NCBI GenBank assembly: GCA_040954595.2
Contig: CM082582.2
Coordinates: 7,318,063-7,382,062 of the forward strand
Direction: 5' to 3'
Source: Balanoglossus misakiensis
Lineage: Eukaryota; Animalia; Hemichordata
DNA length: 64,000 bases
Part shown: in pieces, positions 26,348-39,700 of the stretch
How the letters are laid out: each line of letters opens with the position of its first letter
Position numbering within the stretch: position 1 is the first letter of the stretch
Program-made: the position numbers and the translations under genes
Notes under the pieces: generated by a model
What the model was told of the DNA's origin: nothing
Databases searched by the model: none
The model's input: only the letters and a program-made list of their open reading frames with translations

Positions 26348-26360
26348 AGGTCAATGACCT
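26348..26360. promoter_or_regulatory. Perfect IR-1 nuclear receptor element (AGGTCA-A-TGACCT) in the MEAK7/ACOT8 divergent region
   Basis: Exact consensus palindrome ~60 bp upstream of the ACOT8 ATG, with an adjacent TGACCA half-site at 26341; motif match only. Confidence 0.55.
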
Positions 26361-26418
26361 ATTTGCGGGCGTGGTTTTGGCCGGAGCCGCCGCGCCGGGC
26401 AACAAAGCCGAGCGGACC

Positions 26419-29400
26419 ATGAACGGAAAACCGCCAAGAATTCTGCGTAATGTTTTGGTGGACACGGTCCTGAACTTGGAGGAATTGGATGTGAATCTCT
26501 ACAGGTACAGTACCGCACATTGGCAAATGGCAATGCGCCTATCGGTTTAAAGTTAGGCCTATATCTTCAAGTTCGAACGAAGCTCAATTGGTCGCGAACA
26601 AAGGTCATTTCACTCGGTCACCGGTGCGGGCCTGAAAATGCTCCCGATGCGAGAGCAGGTATATGGGAAGCATGCGCAGTTATATCCTACTGTATCGCAG
26701 AGCAGTGTGAGGTGAACCATAACAGGAATACCCAGAGTCTCTGCCACCATTCTAGTTTTGATACCACCCCCCCCCCCCGCCACACATACAGTGATGACAT
26801 CATGAACACAGATATAGACAAACGCAAACCACATGTGGAAAGCAACGTTCATTGATTGGAGATAAAGCCGACAGCCCTTTTATCGTCACATTGTTACCGC
26901 GTGTTCGAACAGGTGATTCCAACGTACATCGGAATAATTACCGCTGACATTTCTATAATTCTAGGGGGCTTATCTTCTTCACGGGCTAACCTCTAAAACC
27001 GATCGGATCTATAAACCCCTAAATTGTCTTATTAATCGTTTATAGAAGAGTCATAAAGATAGTTCTAATAATGCCAAATCCAAACAATTCTTTGATAATT
27101 TGATGTAGCTACTGATTACAAAGATTCTGTAATTTATAACGGTGTAAAAATCAAATTAAGCCTTACATACTAAAACTCTTGCTTGGTACGAAAAAAAATC
27201 ATAAATGAAAGACAATTAAAATATTTGATCAACTGTAGGCGGCGACAAGATATATTAAATTTGTTGGTGGAGACGGATAGAGTAAAAATCCTGCAGTGTG
27301 GGAAACGCAGAGGGGGACATCGAACGCGCGTGGTAAACTCTGAAACTGCACAAACAGAGACACCTGTTTATTTTTAACATGGAGAAAAGATAAGCCTGGC
27401 TCGGGTGAAATGTTTGCATGTGGAATTTGCTGTGTTAGAATTATGCCCACCGTGCGTCTATTTGGTCGCGATAATGATATAATCGAACTCAGTGTAAAAA
27501 TATATAATGATATCGATTACAGTTTTACGCTATATATATGTATTAGCATAAAATAAATTAACCGAAGCTATATACGATAAGCACAGCCACAGAGTGTTAA
27601 AGTTCAGCATAGCATAAACTACGTGGGTATGTTCGCCAATATTTTAAGACAAAGAAAATTAAATTTCTGTTGGGGAAAAACAGTATATACTTACTCTTGC
27701 TAGGCCGCATGTGAAGTAAGTCACCCATTTTCTTCGCCCCATATTTTTAAGTTTTGATCAAGCGTTTTTAGTGCGAGTCTGGGACTGGACAGAGACTGGT
27801 TACACTCTAGGGCATAAGCTCACTGCATTTAATTTGTAAACGGTAAAGTAGATAGGTCGACTCGCGAACTTTGACCACACACCGGTAAATATTTTTATCT
27901 GACTTAATTGCCTTCCCTAACCTTTTACACTGAGAGCATCCCCAGGTGTGTTTGTTTGTTGACGGCTTCTCGCCTCTCTCCTAATATCCTGATTTAACTT
28001 AACAGGTGGTCGATGGTAAAACTTTAGAATCAGAGCTGATAATTTTAGAACGGAGAGGGGAGTTGAACTTTCGCCAAACACTGTATTTACATTACAGACC
28101 CAATCAGTACACGTATACACACTCAGTCTCACATTTTGAAAGTAAAATGGCGAAAGAAATGAGAAAAGTTGTACCTCATAGGCCTTTGCGGCTTGACGAT
28201 TGGTTAATCGCAATTTTGTAAATTTCAGGAGCACCAACCATTGGAAACCCGTTTTGAGCGGCGAGCGGTTGTTTGGGGGCCAGGTCATAGGTCAATCTCT
28301 GGTGGCTGCAGGGAAAACTGTGGATCCAAGTCTGCATGCGCATTCCTTCCATGCGTACTTCGTCAGACCAGGTGCGGCATGGCCCAACATGTTAATCCTA
28401 TAAATGTAAAATTCATATACACGTAATCGGTGCTTTGTTGTACACGTGCAGTCCCGTCTATGAATGCCAATTACAAGTATTTTTTTACAGAATAATTTAT
28501 TAACGCTTTTCTCACGCGAATAAATTTTAAATATCCGAAAACAATTCAACCCCGTCGTAATAACCTTCCAACGATCGGAAACAGCACAGTAAAACTGCAG
28601 GGTTAAAAACGCAAAAAGATGGACGGCCATACCTTATATATGTAAATCCTGTCTTTGGTAAATGCATGTTCGATATGGAGTTGGGGTTGAAGCGATGTGG
28701 TGATCGTTTTTCTAAACAGTTGAAATCATTTCCATACCAGATAACAAGTAGACCTCCTTTAAAAAAAGAAATATGTCACGTCGGATGCATCCAAAGTTTT
28801 CAATTAATGTAAATTTCAGGACAAAGCTCCCGTCCGATACTATACAAAGTCCAAAGACTCAGAGACGGTAGAAGTTATGCCACAAGGTCCGTTCACGCGA
28901 TCCAGAACGGCAACGCCATTTTCACCATGCAAGCCTCGTTCACACGGGAAGAACGGTCGGACTTCAACCACCAATGCACTATGCCCGTTGTCCCGCCGCC
29001 CGAAGATCTGCTGACGACGAGGGAGTTAGAAGAGAAGCACTTCGAGTGAGTAAGAATTCAGAACTTCAGAACTTTGTAATTTTAAAGGCCCGTATTTCTT
29101 GACGCGGGTATTTCTATAGAAATAAACGAAAGACATTTTGTCTATTTACTGAGAACCAAATATCAGCCGTGCATAACCTGATATGCTCCGGGCCTTTGAA
29201 TTTTTTGTCATCTGCAGTGAATTTCCGGATGAAGTTCAAGAGTACGTCCGCGCGAAAAGAGCAGCTGAGGTGACCTTTGAAACGAAACCAATCAATCCAA
29301 AGATGTCCTTTCCGGTGAAAGTGTTGCGTCAATATCTGGAGAACACGGATGAACCCAAGAGAATTGTCTGGATGAAAGTGATAGGGGATATAGGTAGGAC

Positions 29401-30013
29401 GGTGTCTTCTTCATCTGGTATCTCTCTTCTCTTCCGTCGTGGTGTCCCGCCAACTTTTTTTTTTACTTGCAGGCGATGATGAGCACCTGAACCGGTGTTT
29501 GGCGGCGTATTGTTCCGATGTGACGTTTGCGTTCACGTCTTACCTGGCTCGACCGAAAGTCAAACTGGGCATGGTGACGTCATTGGATCACTCCATGTGG
29601 TTCCATGCGCCGTTCCGAAGTGACGAGTGGATGCTGTACGAGTACGAGAGTCCACGCTCGGGTAAAGTATACGGATGTTGTGTATAGACTTTATTCGGGA
29701 GACGATACTAGCTATGAGCATGCGCAGTTTAAGAGAATTCTGTAGATGGCGGACGCCACGCATCGGAGTAGGATTACTGACTCTTTTCGTGAGAAAAAAA
29801 TGACGTCATTCATTTTAAGTTGTATGCATCGAGTCCCATGCGTTCTGCATCATCTTTACTGGTTCTAAAATTGTGGGTTTCTTTCACTGTATAGGCGGAG
29901 GACGTGGTTTCAACTTGGGAAGACTGTGGAGACGCGATGGAACGTTAGCTGTCTCGTTAGCCCAAGAATGTGTTTTGAGAGAAGAACGCGGGAACGATAG
30001 AAGTAAACTCTGA
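26419..30013 (+). CDS. ACOT8: Acyl-CoA thioesterase 8 (peroxisomal, TesB family); exons 26419-26504, 28229-28371, 28820-29045, 29218-29393, 29473-29661, 29895-30013
   Basis: LRNVLVDTVLNLEELDVNLYR, RLFGGQVIGQSLVAA, HSFHAYFVRPG, RDGRSYATRSVHAIQNG, LAAYCSD, MVTSLDHSMWFH, WMLYE, GRLWRRDGTLAVSLAQE; C-terminus RSKL*; all splice phases compatible. Confidence 0.95.
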
Positions 30014-30784
30014 AAGTGACTGGAATCGCAAAAACGATCTTCCGTTTGTGGTATATTTAAAAAAAGTCTCGGCGCACCACAACCGTCCAGTTCTCTTCTG
30101 CACATAATACAACTGTTGAACTTAAGTCGGGAACAGTGTACAACTTGAAGTTTCGTTCAATAAATAACCACTAGCAGGAAAATGGCTTCGTTTTAATAAA
30201 ATGTTTTACTATAACATACCAGACTTTAAGATTTTTTTAACATTTTAACTAAGGTAACCTTGACACTGAGTGCACACAAAACATACACACAATTATTAAT
30301 TACTAAGTAAGCAAATTATAATAATAGAATCTCAATGTTGCACATCATATTTTGTAGAATAAAACCTATTTCTTACAATCATTTATATCTCAATATATCA
30401 TAGAGTATTTTTGTGTAAAATATGTAACAAATCTAACTATATCTTCATAAACCCCCCCCCCCCTTCAAAAAAAGAGAAAATCATTCGTCTTGAAAAAAAT
30501 TAATTACTAGTTAAGCTGAACACTTATTACTTTGCATAACTGTGTCTTCTTTCGTATTCCTTATAAAGATCTTGACAGTAAAATCATATCATGAAAATTA
30601 AAGCTTACACTGTAAATATGGTACACTGAATAGTATTCAATCAAAACCAAAAGCTGCTCTGCCACACATACACACATATACATACTGTAGCTGCCAATTT
30701 GATTTTCTTATTCTACTTCCTGAAGCATGTTCAGACAGCAAGTATTCTGTTTGCCAGCATGGCCTGTATGTCTCTGCTAGACTT

Positions 30785-33700
30785 CTAGACAAACATACAC
30801 AGTCTCACTGTCTTGGTGTCCAACTTCTCGGCCAAGTTCTGCACACGGCACAGTCTAACACTATCCGCCTGGCCCGCGTTGTAGACGCGGTACAGGTGAA
30901 ACTGATCCTGCATCTTCTCGGCGAACGAAATCTCCTGAGACGAGATCTCAAAGTATTTCTTCTGCTTGGTCTTGGTGCTCTTCACTTCCACGTAGATGCT
31001 GTACTCTCTGGCGACGTCGCCGTCATCGTCGTCGCCGTCCGTCTGGCGAACTTTGATCTCGAGGTCGTACGGTTGCCCGGACTCCTCCTCCTCGTTCACC
31101 CAGACGACGTCGACCGACATGTTCTCGGAATCCATGCTCTCCTTCTGGTGAAGCAAGAAGTTGTACACCAGCGCCTCGCCCCATTTTCCGATTTCGGTGA
31201 GGTCGTCCGAAACGTCGACGACCGCGTCCGCGGGCAGCCGTTTCATCAGCACGTCCCCCGCCCCCAGCTCCTCCAGCGCTTCGTCCAAATCTTGCGTCTT
31301 CCACGTGGGCTCCGTGAAATTGAAGAACTTCCTCGCCCCACTCCTCTTTTTCCTCTTGCCGTCGTGGTCTTCGTTTTCTTTGCCTGGATGAGCATCGTGA
31401 TGGTTTTCGTCGCCCGGCAACCGTCCATTCTCCGTCTGCACTTCTTCTCCTTGATGATGGGGTTGACTATCATCTCTCGAAACTTCTTCATGGTTCGATG
31501 CTTCTTTTTGCCGTGGTGCTTCTGTCCATCCTTCATGGTTTGATGGCCCAGCATGCCTTTTCCCTTCCGGTTCATGAGATGAATGCTCTTTGTTTGGGTG
31601 TCTGTTCTCCTCAGAACGACCATGCTTGGCAGGAATGTCTGTCATTTTGAAAATAATTTTTATATAGAAAATATTTTATGGACTCAATCATTTTCATGAG
31701 TGCAGGTTACATTATAGAAGTTGTTATAGAAGTTTGTTTTTGTACCTCATAATGCTCTTGAAGATTCAAAACCATTTGACCGACTTTTGTGGGTTTTTTT
31801 TTTTAAAACAAAGACAACATTCAGCAATGAACACCCATACTTTCTCCTCAACCTACCTGTAGTACTCTCTCTCTGCTCACCACCTTCTCGTTGAACGCCA
31901 CCTCTGTCTGCTCTTGGACGCTCGTTTCGCACGGCGCTCGTCTCGGATTCGGAGCTCGGTTCCTCCAGTGGCGCTGGAGGTGGCCATATCTTCATGCTGA
32001 CCTCTGCCGCTTCATCCAAACGTGACTTCCCACCTGACGGCAAGACAACATGAAAATCACATTCATATCTGTCTGTCTACTGCTGCCAAAGCCAAAGGGT
32101 TGTGCGACTCCGCTGGCTATTTTCACGTAGTGGGTCAGGTCAAAGGTTACAGCATCCCACAAGAGCATAATTTCTTCACGAAATAAAATTCCAGCAACAT
32201 ATCTTCAAATATCTGATTTGTTTACTTGCACAACTGCTCGCTAACCAGGACACCTGTCAATTAAGATTCGATTTTTCCAAGACCAAATCTACAATTGGAA
32301 TAGAATGTTACCTTTGCTTGGAGAGCTGTATCCTCCTGCTTTGGGAGGCCAACATGGCAACACAGGGGTACCATCATCATTCAAACCAGCCTTGGCAACT
32401 TTCTCGTCACCGGTTTCATTTTCATCGGCTGCTGAAGCTTCTGAAGACAAAAAATAATAATCACCAAATAAATATGGATGCATAGTGAAACTTACAATAA
32501 CATGTAGCTGACACAATTTTGACAAGCTTGATACTGAACTGAAGGAACTTCAGCATAACCTGGGTTTGCCATACCTTGAGTTGGATCGGTTATCACTATA
32601 ACCGGCTCTGGGGGTGGAGGAGGGGGTGGTGGTGGTGTGGGAGGTCTCGCTTCCTTGACTTCCCACTTTTCCTCGTTTTCACTCAGCCCCTCAAAGTCCT
32701 GGCTCTCCAGAAACTCCTCCCTGCTCTCCCCGGTGAGGCCGTCCAGGAACGGCAGCAGTGCCCTCAGGAAGTTCTTCAGATCCCGCTGGCACTCGGCGTT
32801 CCCCTCGCTGAACATGCGACAGATCTCGTCTCGGACCACGGGGTACGTCCGGATGGTCTCCACGTAGTCCTTGTCCACGTAGAACTGGCGCTGGTCGACC
32901 AGCGCGCAGACCACGTTCTCCACGGCGTACATCGACTCGTCCCCGGCCATGCGGTAGACCACCTGCAGCTTGCCCACTTGGCCGAACTGGGTGATCTGCA
33001 GCAGGCCGGCCATGTTGCGCCCGGCCAGTTTGCCGTAGACGTCCTCCGCGTACTTGTTGTAGAGGAACAGCTGTATGTAGGGAACGATTTCGTGGAAGAA
33101 GTTCTGCAGGGGCGGGCAGGGCTGGAAGGATTCCGTGATGTACTCCGGCTCGATGCATCTACTGAAGTGCGGGACTTCGCAGGCATCGAGGAACACCTTC
33201 AGGTGATTCTCATCGTACTTCTTGGTATCTGAAAAAAATGAGTAACAACTTAGCATCAGTATCAAGTTTATTACAAACATCCCCAGTGCATTACTTAAAA
33301 CAAGAACTCTACACACACAGACCATGTCATATCACACTTAAAATACTGCATTGAGAATTTATTGACAGCAAATGGCACAGGTTTTCTGCACACCATACCA
33401 GTACACGCAGAATAAAATCTATCACTAAGCATATGGAGAAACATACCCACTCTCTGCCTGGAGTATTGGCCTCTGTTGACCATGCGAGTGCTCATCTTGG
33501 ATTCGCCGAGATCGAGCAAGTTCACCGACTTCTCTTTGAACAACTTCTCCAGGTGCTTGTCATCGGACACGAAGAGACCATCCTCTAAACTGACCCACTG
33601 GTTCGATTTGGTGGGGAAGATTTTCTCTTTTTCAATCATTCCACGCAGGTGCTTGCCGTAGATGGGCGAGATGTGAAGCGCTTCCGGCTGATGAGGAGGG

Positions 33701-36700
33701 TAGCCGCCCTGGTGGTCGGGGTCCCGGACGAGGCATTTCTCGCCGAGGACAGCGAAGAGATGGTAGACGTCTTGCAGCCGCTCGTAGTCGGGCAACATGG
33801 TTATGTCGACCACGCGCAGCAGCAGCGCGATGTAGTCGGTCATCTTGGGCTTCTCTTCGATACTGACAGCTGCTCCGCAGAAAAATCCCGGCAGGTCGCC
33901 ATAGAAGTGCGCGAGTTGCGGTCGCTGGGGAACCTGGATGTGGGACGACGTGGCCGAGCTGGCGTACTTGACGAAGAGGTTCGACGGGTCGTGCCAGTAG
34001 ACGTCCGATTTGTGGTAGAATCGCCCAACCGACCCTTGACCTTCCGGCACGAAGACGGCCGGGTAGCTCTCGAAGAACTTCTGTATCACCGACGGCGCCG
34101 CTTCTTGCTCCAGGTAGCCGTAGACGCTCGTGATGTGGTGCTGGCTGGTCTGGAACTGGACGCCTGTCTTGGTCGGCTCGCCTTCCTTGGTCGCAGAGTG
34201 GCCAGTGCACCAGCGGTGGAGGTGCTCCAGCACGACTTCAACGTTGATGTGCCCGGCCGTCTTGATCTGCAGGTGCTGCGTCATGGCCACGTTGCCGACG
34301 CTCCCCATGAGATAGTAGACGTGGTCAGCCAGCAGGGAGAACACCTTATCCGAGTGCAGGTACACTTCCCTGCCGGTCAGATAAGTGGGGGTCTCCAGAA
34401 CGCCAGAGGGGTGCCGGTGGATGGCAGGTAACCACGGCAACGTGGTTGCATAGATACCGAACGACGACTGGGTGTTGGCGAGAATGTTACCATCTTTGCC
34501 ACAGACACTAGCATTGGTGTACTTGGAATAGCTGCCGTCCCAGTCGTCTTCTAAGATCTTCATCAAGACCTGACTCTGCGCGACTTTCTGTTGTTCCGAG
34601 ATGTTGCCAGCGGTAACCAGACCGTGGAACTCGTCACACACCCAGTCTTCTATTCGGTAGTTGCCATCTTCAGGTCTGGGCCAGAATTTGTAGATGCTGT
34701 TGTGTGCCCATGGAGAATGTATCTGAAAGGGATCAAATCATCCAATTAGATTGTGGGTTAGAATGTCGACAATTCAGTTTACTGAGATTTTGAAGAGATG
34801 ACTTCTTTGTGTCTAAACTCTTTGACATGCAAGGATCCACACTTACGATCTCATTCTCTGGAATGGTGACCATCTCTTTCTTGACAGCCAGGGAGTGCAG
34901 AACCCCTAGCTTACTGAAAAAGGTTTGCCAGCTGCTGACATTTTGTTGCTGTTTATTGTACTGCAAGTAACGGCTGTCAAGTAGAATCCAATCATATCCT
35001 GTAAAACGGGGAAATAATCATCAGAGAGGTGAACAAAACTTCCATGAAAGAATCAACACATTACAAGATTAAAGTGCAAAGACTGGATAGCGTTCCACAA
35101 TCCAAGTAATTTATCCCTTTCACCACCATGGTTTGGTCCAACTCCATTGTTTTCAAATAGCGCTGACGGACCTTTATATACGGAAATAGGGATGAGAGGG
35201 TTATTACCTGGTAGCTGTCTCTGGAGGTCGACCTTGTTTCCATATTCCGTTGTGAAATGAGTCGGTTGAGTTGACGGGTTTACCAGACCGTGGTTGGTGA
35301 TCACTCTCACAATTCCCTTGAGTTCTTCCATGTCACAAACTGATGGCAGCTTCTCGGACTCTTCCTTGATGTAAATCACAAACTCCATCAGTAGGGTGTC
35401 GTCCTTATCCTGGAAGGGGGAAGAAAGAGAGGAAGTGGAGAGAGAGAGAGGGGGGGGGGGAGACAGAGATAAATAAATACAAAGAGAGATTGAAAACCAA
35501 GAAAAAAAGAGTGAGGAAAATGGATTGGAGATAAATTCAACAGGCTCTAACCGATACACAGCTAATGTTTTGTCTTCATATTGGCTGTAGATTTCATATA
35601 CGCTACATGTAGCTCAAGCATCATCAGTACCATAGCTGTGCACTCAACAGTGGAACTTACAGAAATTTGTCATCCACTACAGCAGACGATCACCAGTTCA
35701 ATCAAGATTTAAACGTTAAACAGTCAAAACTGTGAAAAATCAGCATCCTGGCTGCAATTACTGTCATCTTACCTTCCATCTGTCTGATTTAAAAACCGGC
35801 ATGATGTGATTCTTGATGACTTCCCTCGGCTGCATTTCACAGACGCCCAGTAAATTCAACACACTGCGGACTTGCGAGTTGCAGACTTCGTCCAGGCAGG
35901 TCAGCAGCTCGGCGGGAACCGAGTTCAAATCTTTCTCGAGTGCCATCAAACGACCTATGAAGAGAAAACAGCATGTCCGCTGAATTTGATGATGTCACTG
36001 GTTTCTGGGGAAAAATGCAGACACACCTGATACGCTCAACATGAATGTTTTACTACTACTTACTGAAGAAGCTTTTACCCTTTCACCCCCTTGCTGCTGA
36101 AATTAGATCATTTGAATTTTAAAAACAGCCACTTACCCTGCCCCTTTGCCTTGTTCTTTGGCACAGCTCCAAGATCCGTCTGCCGGCCTCCGGTGACCGG
36201 GAAGAACACACTGCAGTCGTCGAGCGCCACATATCGGCCATTGGACAGCGGAACGACGGGAATCGTTTTCACCTCCTTGATGACGTCGTCTTCATGGATC
36301 GTGTAGTCGCTCTCCATGAGTCGGTGTAAGCACGCTAGCCACTTGGCCACAAAGGACACGGTTAAACTTGATTCTGAAATGGCAATAATATGCATTTTGA
36401 ATAAAGAAGGGGCTCTGAGCTTGACATCTTACATGCTTTGTGGCAGAGTAGTACATGTTTTTTTTTGTATTTGATTTGATGTCCACCAGATCCAAATTCG
36501 TGCTTGTGAGTCCAGTGATGACACTTCACATGGATAGTTCTGATCTACAGCCTGCTAACAAAGTCACCCGATGGACAACATTGTTATACCGCCCTCTATA
36601 AGTGAAACACTGCTAACAGAGTGAGCCTTACCTTGACGACTAGCCGCGACAGCCTTCCCGATCTCGATCAGATGTTTGACGGAGAGCGTCTGTACGCCCA

Positions 36701-39700
36701 GCATGTTAATCAGAGGCAGACTGATCGCCGACACGATGCTCGGATGGAGGTAGCTGCGATTCAGATGATGATGCAGCAGATCGGAACTGATGACTTCTTT
36801 CAGCAGAGGGTCTCGGGTGACGGCCAGCTCCGACGGCAATTTCCACTCAAAGGCCCCTGAGGGTCAGAAAATGAAAATGATAAAGAGAGAAGAACACTAA
36901 ATGCAGGTGATATTTACTTTAACAGAAATGAAAATTCTCTGAAAATCAGAACCAAGGTACTCACCCTCACCAGCTTTGACATCTGTTGGTAGGCACGGAG
37001 ACGCTTTCAGCTGCTGTATGATCTGCTTAGCAACCGGCTTGAAGAATCCCAGGATTTCCCCTTCCATTGGCACATACTGCAGAAAATTACAGACTGCCTC
37101 CAAGTCAGACAACGCTGGATGGTCCTGAACATGAATGAGAGATACACATGGAGACCATCGTAAGACATAAGACACAGAGGCAAAAATTATCACCCAGACA
37201 GTTACCAGATGAGAAACTAGCTTTTCAAGCCTTCAAGCATGGATAAAAAAACAGGATGAAATCATATTTTTGGTAAATCATAATACAAATGTACCTTGAA
37301 TGCTTGCAAGGCTTGGATAAACAAGAGCGGTAACTCTCCTCTAAGCCACTGGTTCCAGGCACTGTCATTGTCAACATCCTCACGAGATGACGGTACATCA
37401 AAGTCACCTGAAATAAAAAAGAAAAACAGAACCATGAAAGCAGGCTTTTCTACCTTTTATCATTTCATATTTTCATATCAAGAGAATATTTTCACTTTTC
37501 TTAGAAGCATATACTCTTATGTCTTATGTCAATATAATAGTACTATAATAGTTATATTAAAGGATTTCTGAAATGAATATTTTTATCAAAAGTACTGGAA
37601 TGCCCATTGTAAAAACTTACAAAAAATGTCAATTTCTGACTATACCGTTTGTCTGACTACAATGACAACAATCAATTCTGTACCTTGGATAACAAATCGG
37701 AATCCGTAACTACGAAGTGGCAAGAAGGCAAAGACTTTCTCTTTAGATGGGGCCGACTGTGGATACATCGTCCCGCCATCTTGACTGTTCGGTTGCAACA
37801 GAAACGCCAGGGCCAGTTCAGTGGATTCTACATTCTCTTTGACCATCTGCAATGAGAACAAGAATTATTTTTAGGACAAATCGGAATGTCGGATGTAAGG
37901 TGATGAAGAATACAAATTCAAGAAAATCTCCATGGACAACCAACACAAGAAAATCATACTGTTAGTTAAACACTGAAACCACCATACAACACAGCTGCAT
38001 GTACATGTACTTAGGATTTTAGATTATAATGTTTTAGGACGGACAAAATAATGCCCACCTTGGTAGCATCCAGTTGTTTCTTCACCACCAGCCACCGATC
38101 AACACCATCACCGTGCTGGATCTCAATCACTCCGTGACTGCCATCAGTTCTCTTCATGCATCGAATTTCACCACTCACCTGGAAAGAACACAAAGTTAGA
38201 TTTAATTGGAGGAGATTTTTCAAAAAGGTTCAACTGTATGCAAGTCACACTCTCACAGAGAAATGTTATGTTATGCCATCATGTTTTATTTCTAGTAATG
38301 TCGATGGGTATTTAGATTTCCATATAAACAATAAACTCTGAACTCACCTTGTCTTCTATGGTGATGCTCTTCAAGCGATGCAAGAAGAGGAGCAACGATG
38401 GGTGGATGTCATGGAAACGGTTACCAAGGGATCGGCTGTGTTGTATTTCACTTTTCAACGGCAAGACTATCGTAGTCTTCCAGCTGAACAAAAAGAAAAC
38501 ATTAATTTATAACCTGTGCATGTTTCTACACAAAGTCTATATATGGTGGTACACATGTACATGTACATTATAATGTGGATTGAGGATTTTCAGACATTAC
38601 ACAATCATGTATCAGATAATTGCGACATTGTTAGAAACTTTGCAAAACTTACCTAATGTTGGCTGCATCACTAACACTGTCATCATCATCATTGCCAATC
38701 CAGTGTGGCAGGATGTATCCCACTGGTCCACTCTTTGCATCAAAGCACATGTGATAGCCATTGGAATGAATGGATGGTTTGTCAGTGACGCGGAACACTG
38801 ACTTAAAACCAATGCCTTTCTGACCTGTGGACGTAAAGATATAATATGATATCACTGCATGTGTGAGTACATTGTATCTTTACTGCCTGAAAGTGCTAGT
38901 ACACGTACCAGGTACTTCTGGTTTTGCACGACCACTGCCTTGTTCAGCACTGTCAGTGTGCCTGCCTGCACGTTTCTTTTCACATGGTTTCTGTCTGTAC
39001 ATGTGCTTGTCCATCTATTGGACTGTCTGTCTCTTTACAAGTGTCTGTTAAATTGTCTTTGTGACCTCAGTGTCATCCTCACACTCTTGGCTACCTACAA
39101 TACTCACCGATGTACCCATATTTGTGTTTTCCTTTCGTGCTCTTGCCAACATCGCACAGCGCCCGGATGTCCTTCTCGCGGAAGCCACTCTCGTTGTTCA
39201 ACACCGTCACGCAAGCCTTCTCCACCACAAACTTCAGCGCGGGACCATCCTCCTCCTCGCCGTAGCTGTTGTCATCAGCGTTCTGCACCAGCTCCAAGAC
39301 GAAATGCGTGTCTTTGCTGTAGAGCTCCGTGGACAGCCTCTCCAGACTCCGACCCGTCCGGTTCTGCAGTCGCTCCATCAGATTCGTGGCTTCCTGGGTC
39401 AACTCGATGCCGATTCCGAATTCGTACTGTCTGATCTCGTCGATCACTCTGCGGCATTCCATCTCTCTCATTTCTTCTTCTGTCAGTTTCTTTTCTTCCT
39501 CCACTTCTTCCTTCTCGTCTTCAACTACCTCATCTTTTTCTATATCTTCTTCCCCTTCACCTTTGACCTCACCAGTTTCATCTTTGACTCCATCTGTTCC
39601 TTCTCTGGCATCGATCTCGAGTTCATCATTAGATTCACCTTTGACCTCATCAACTTTGACCTCAGCAACTTTGACCTCAGCAACAGCACCATCAGAGCTG

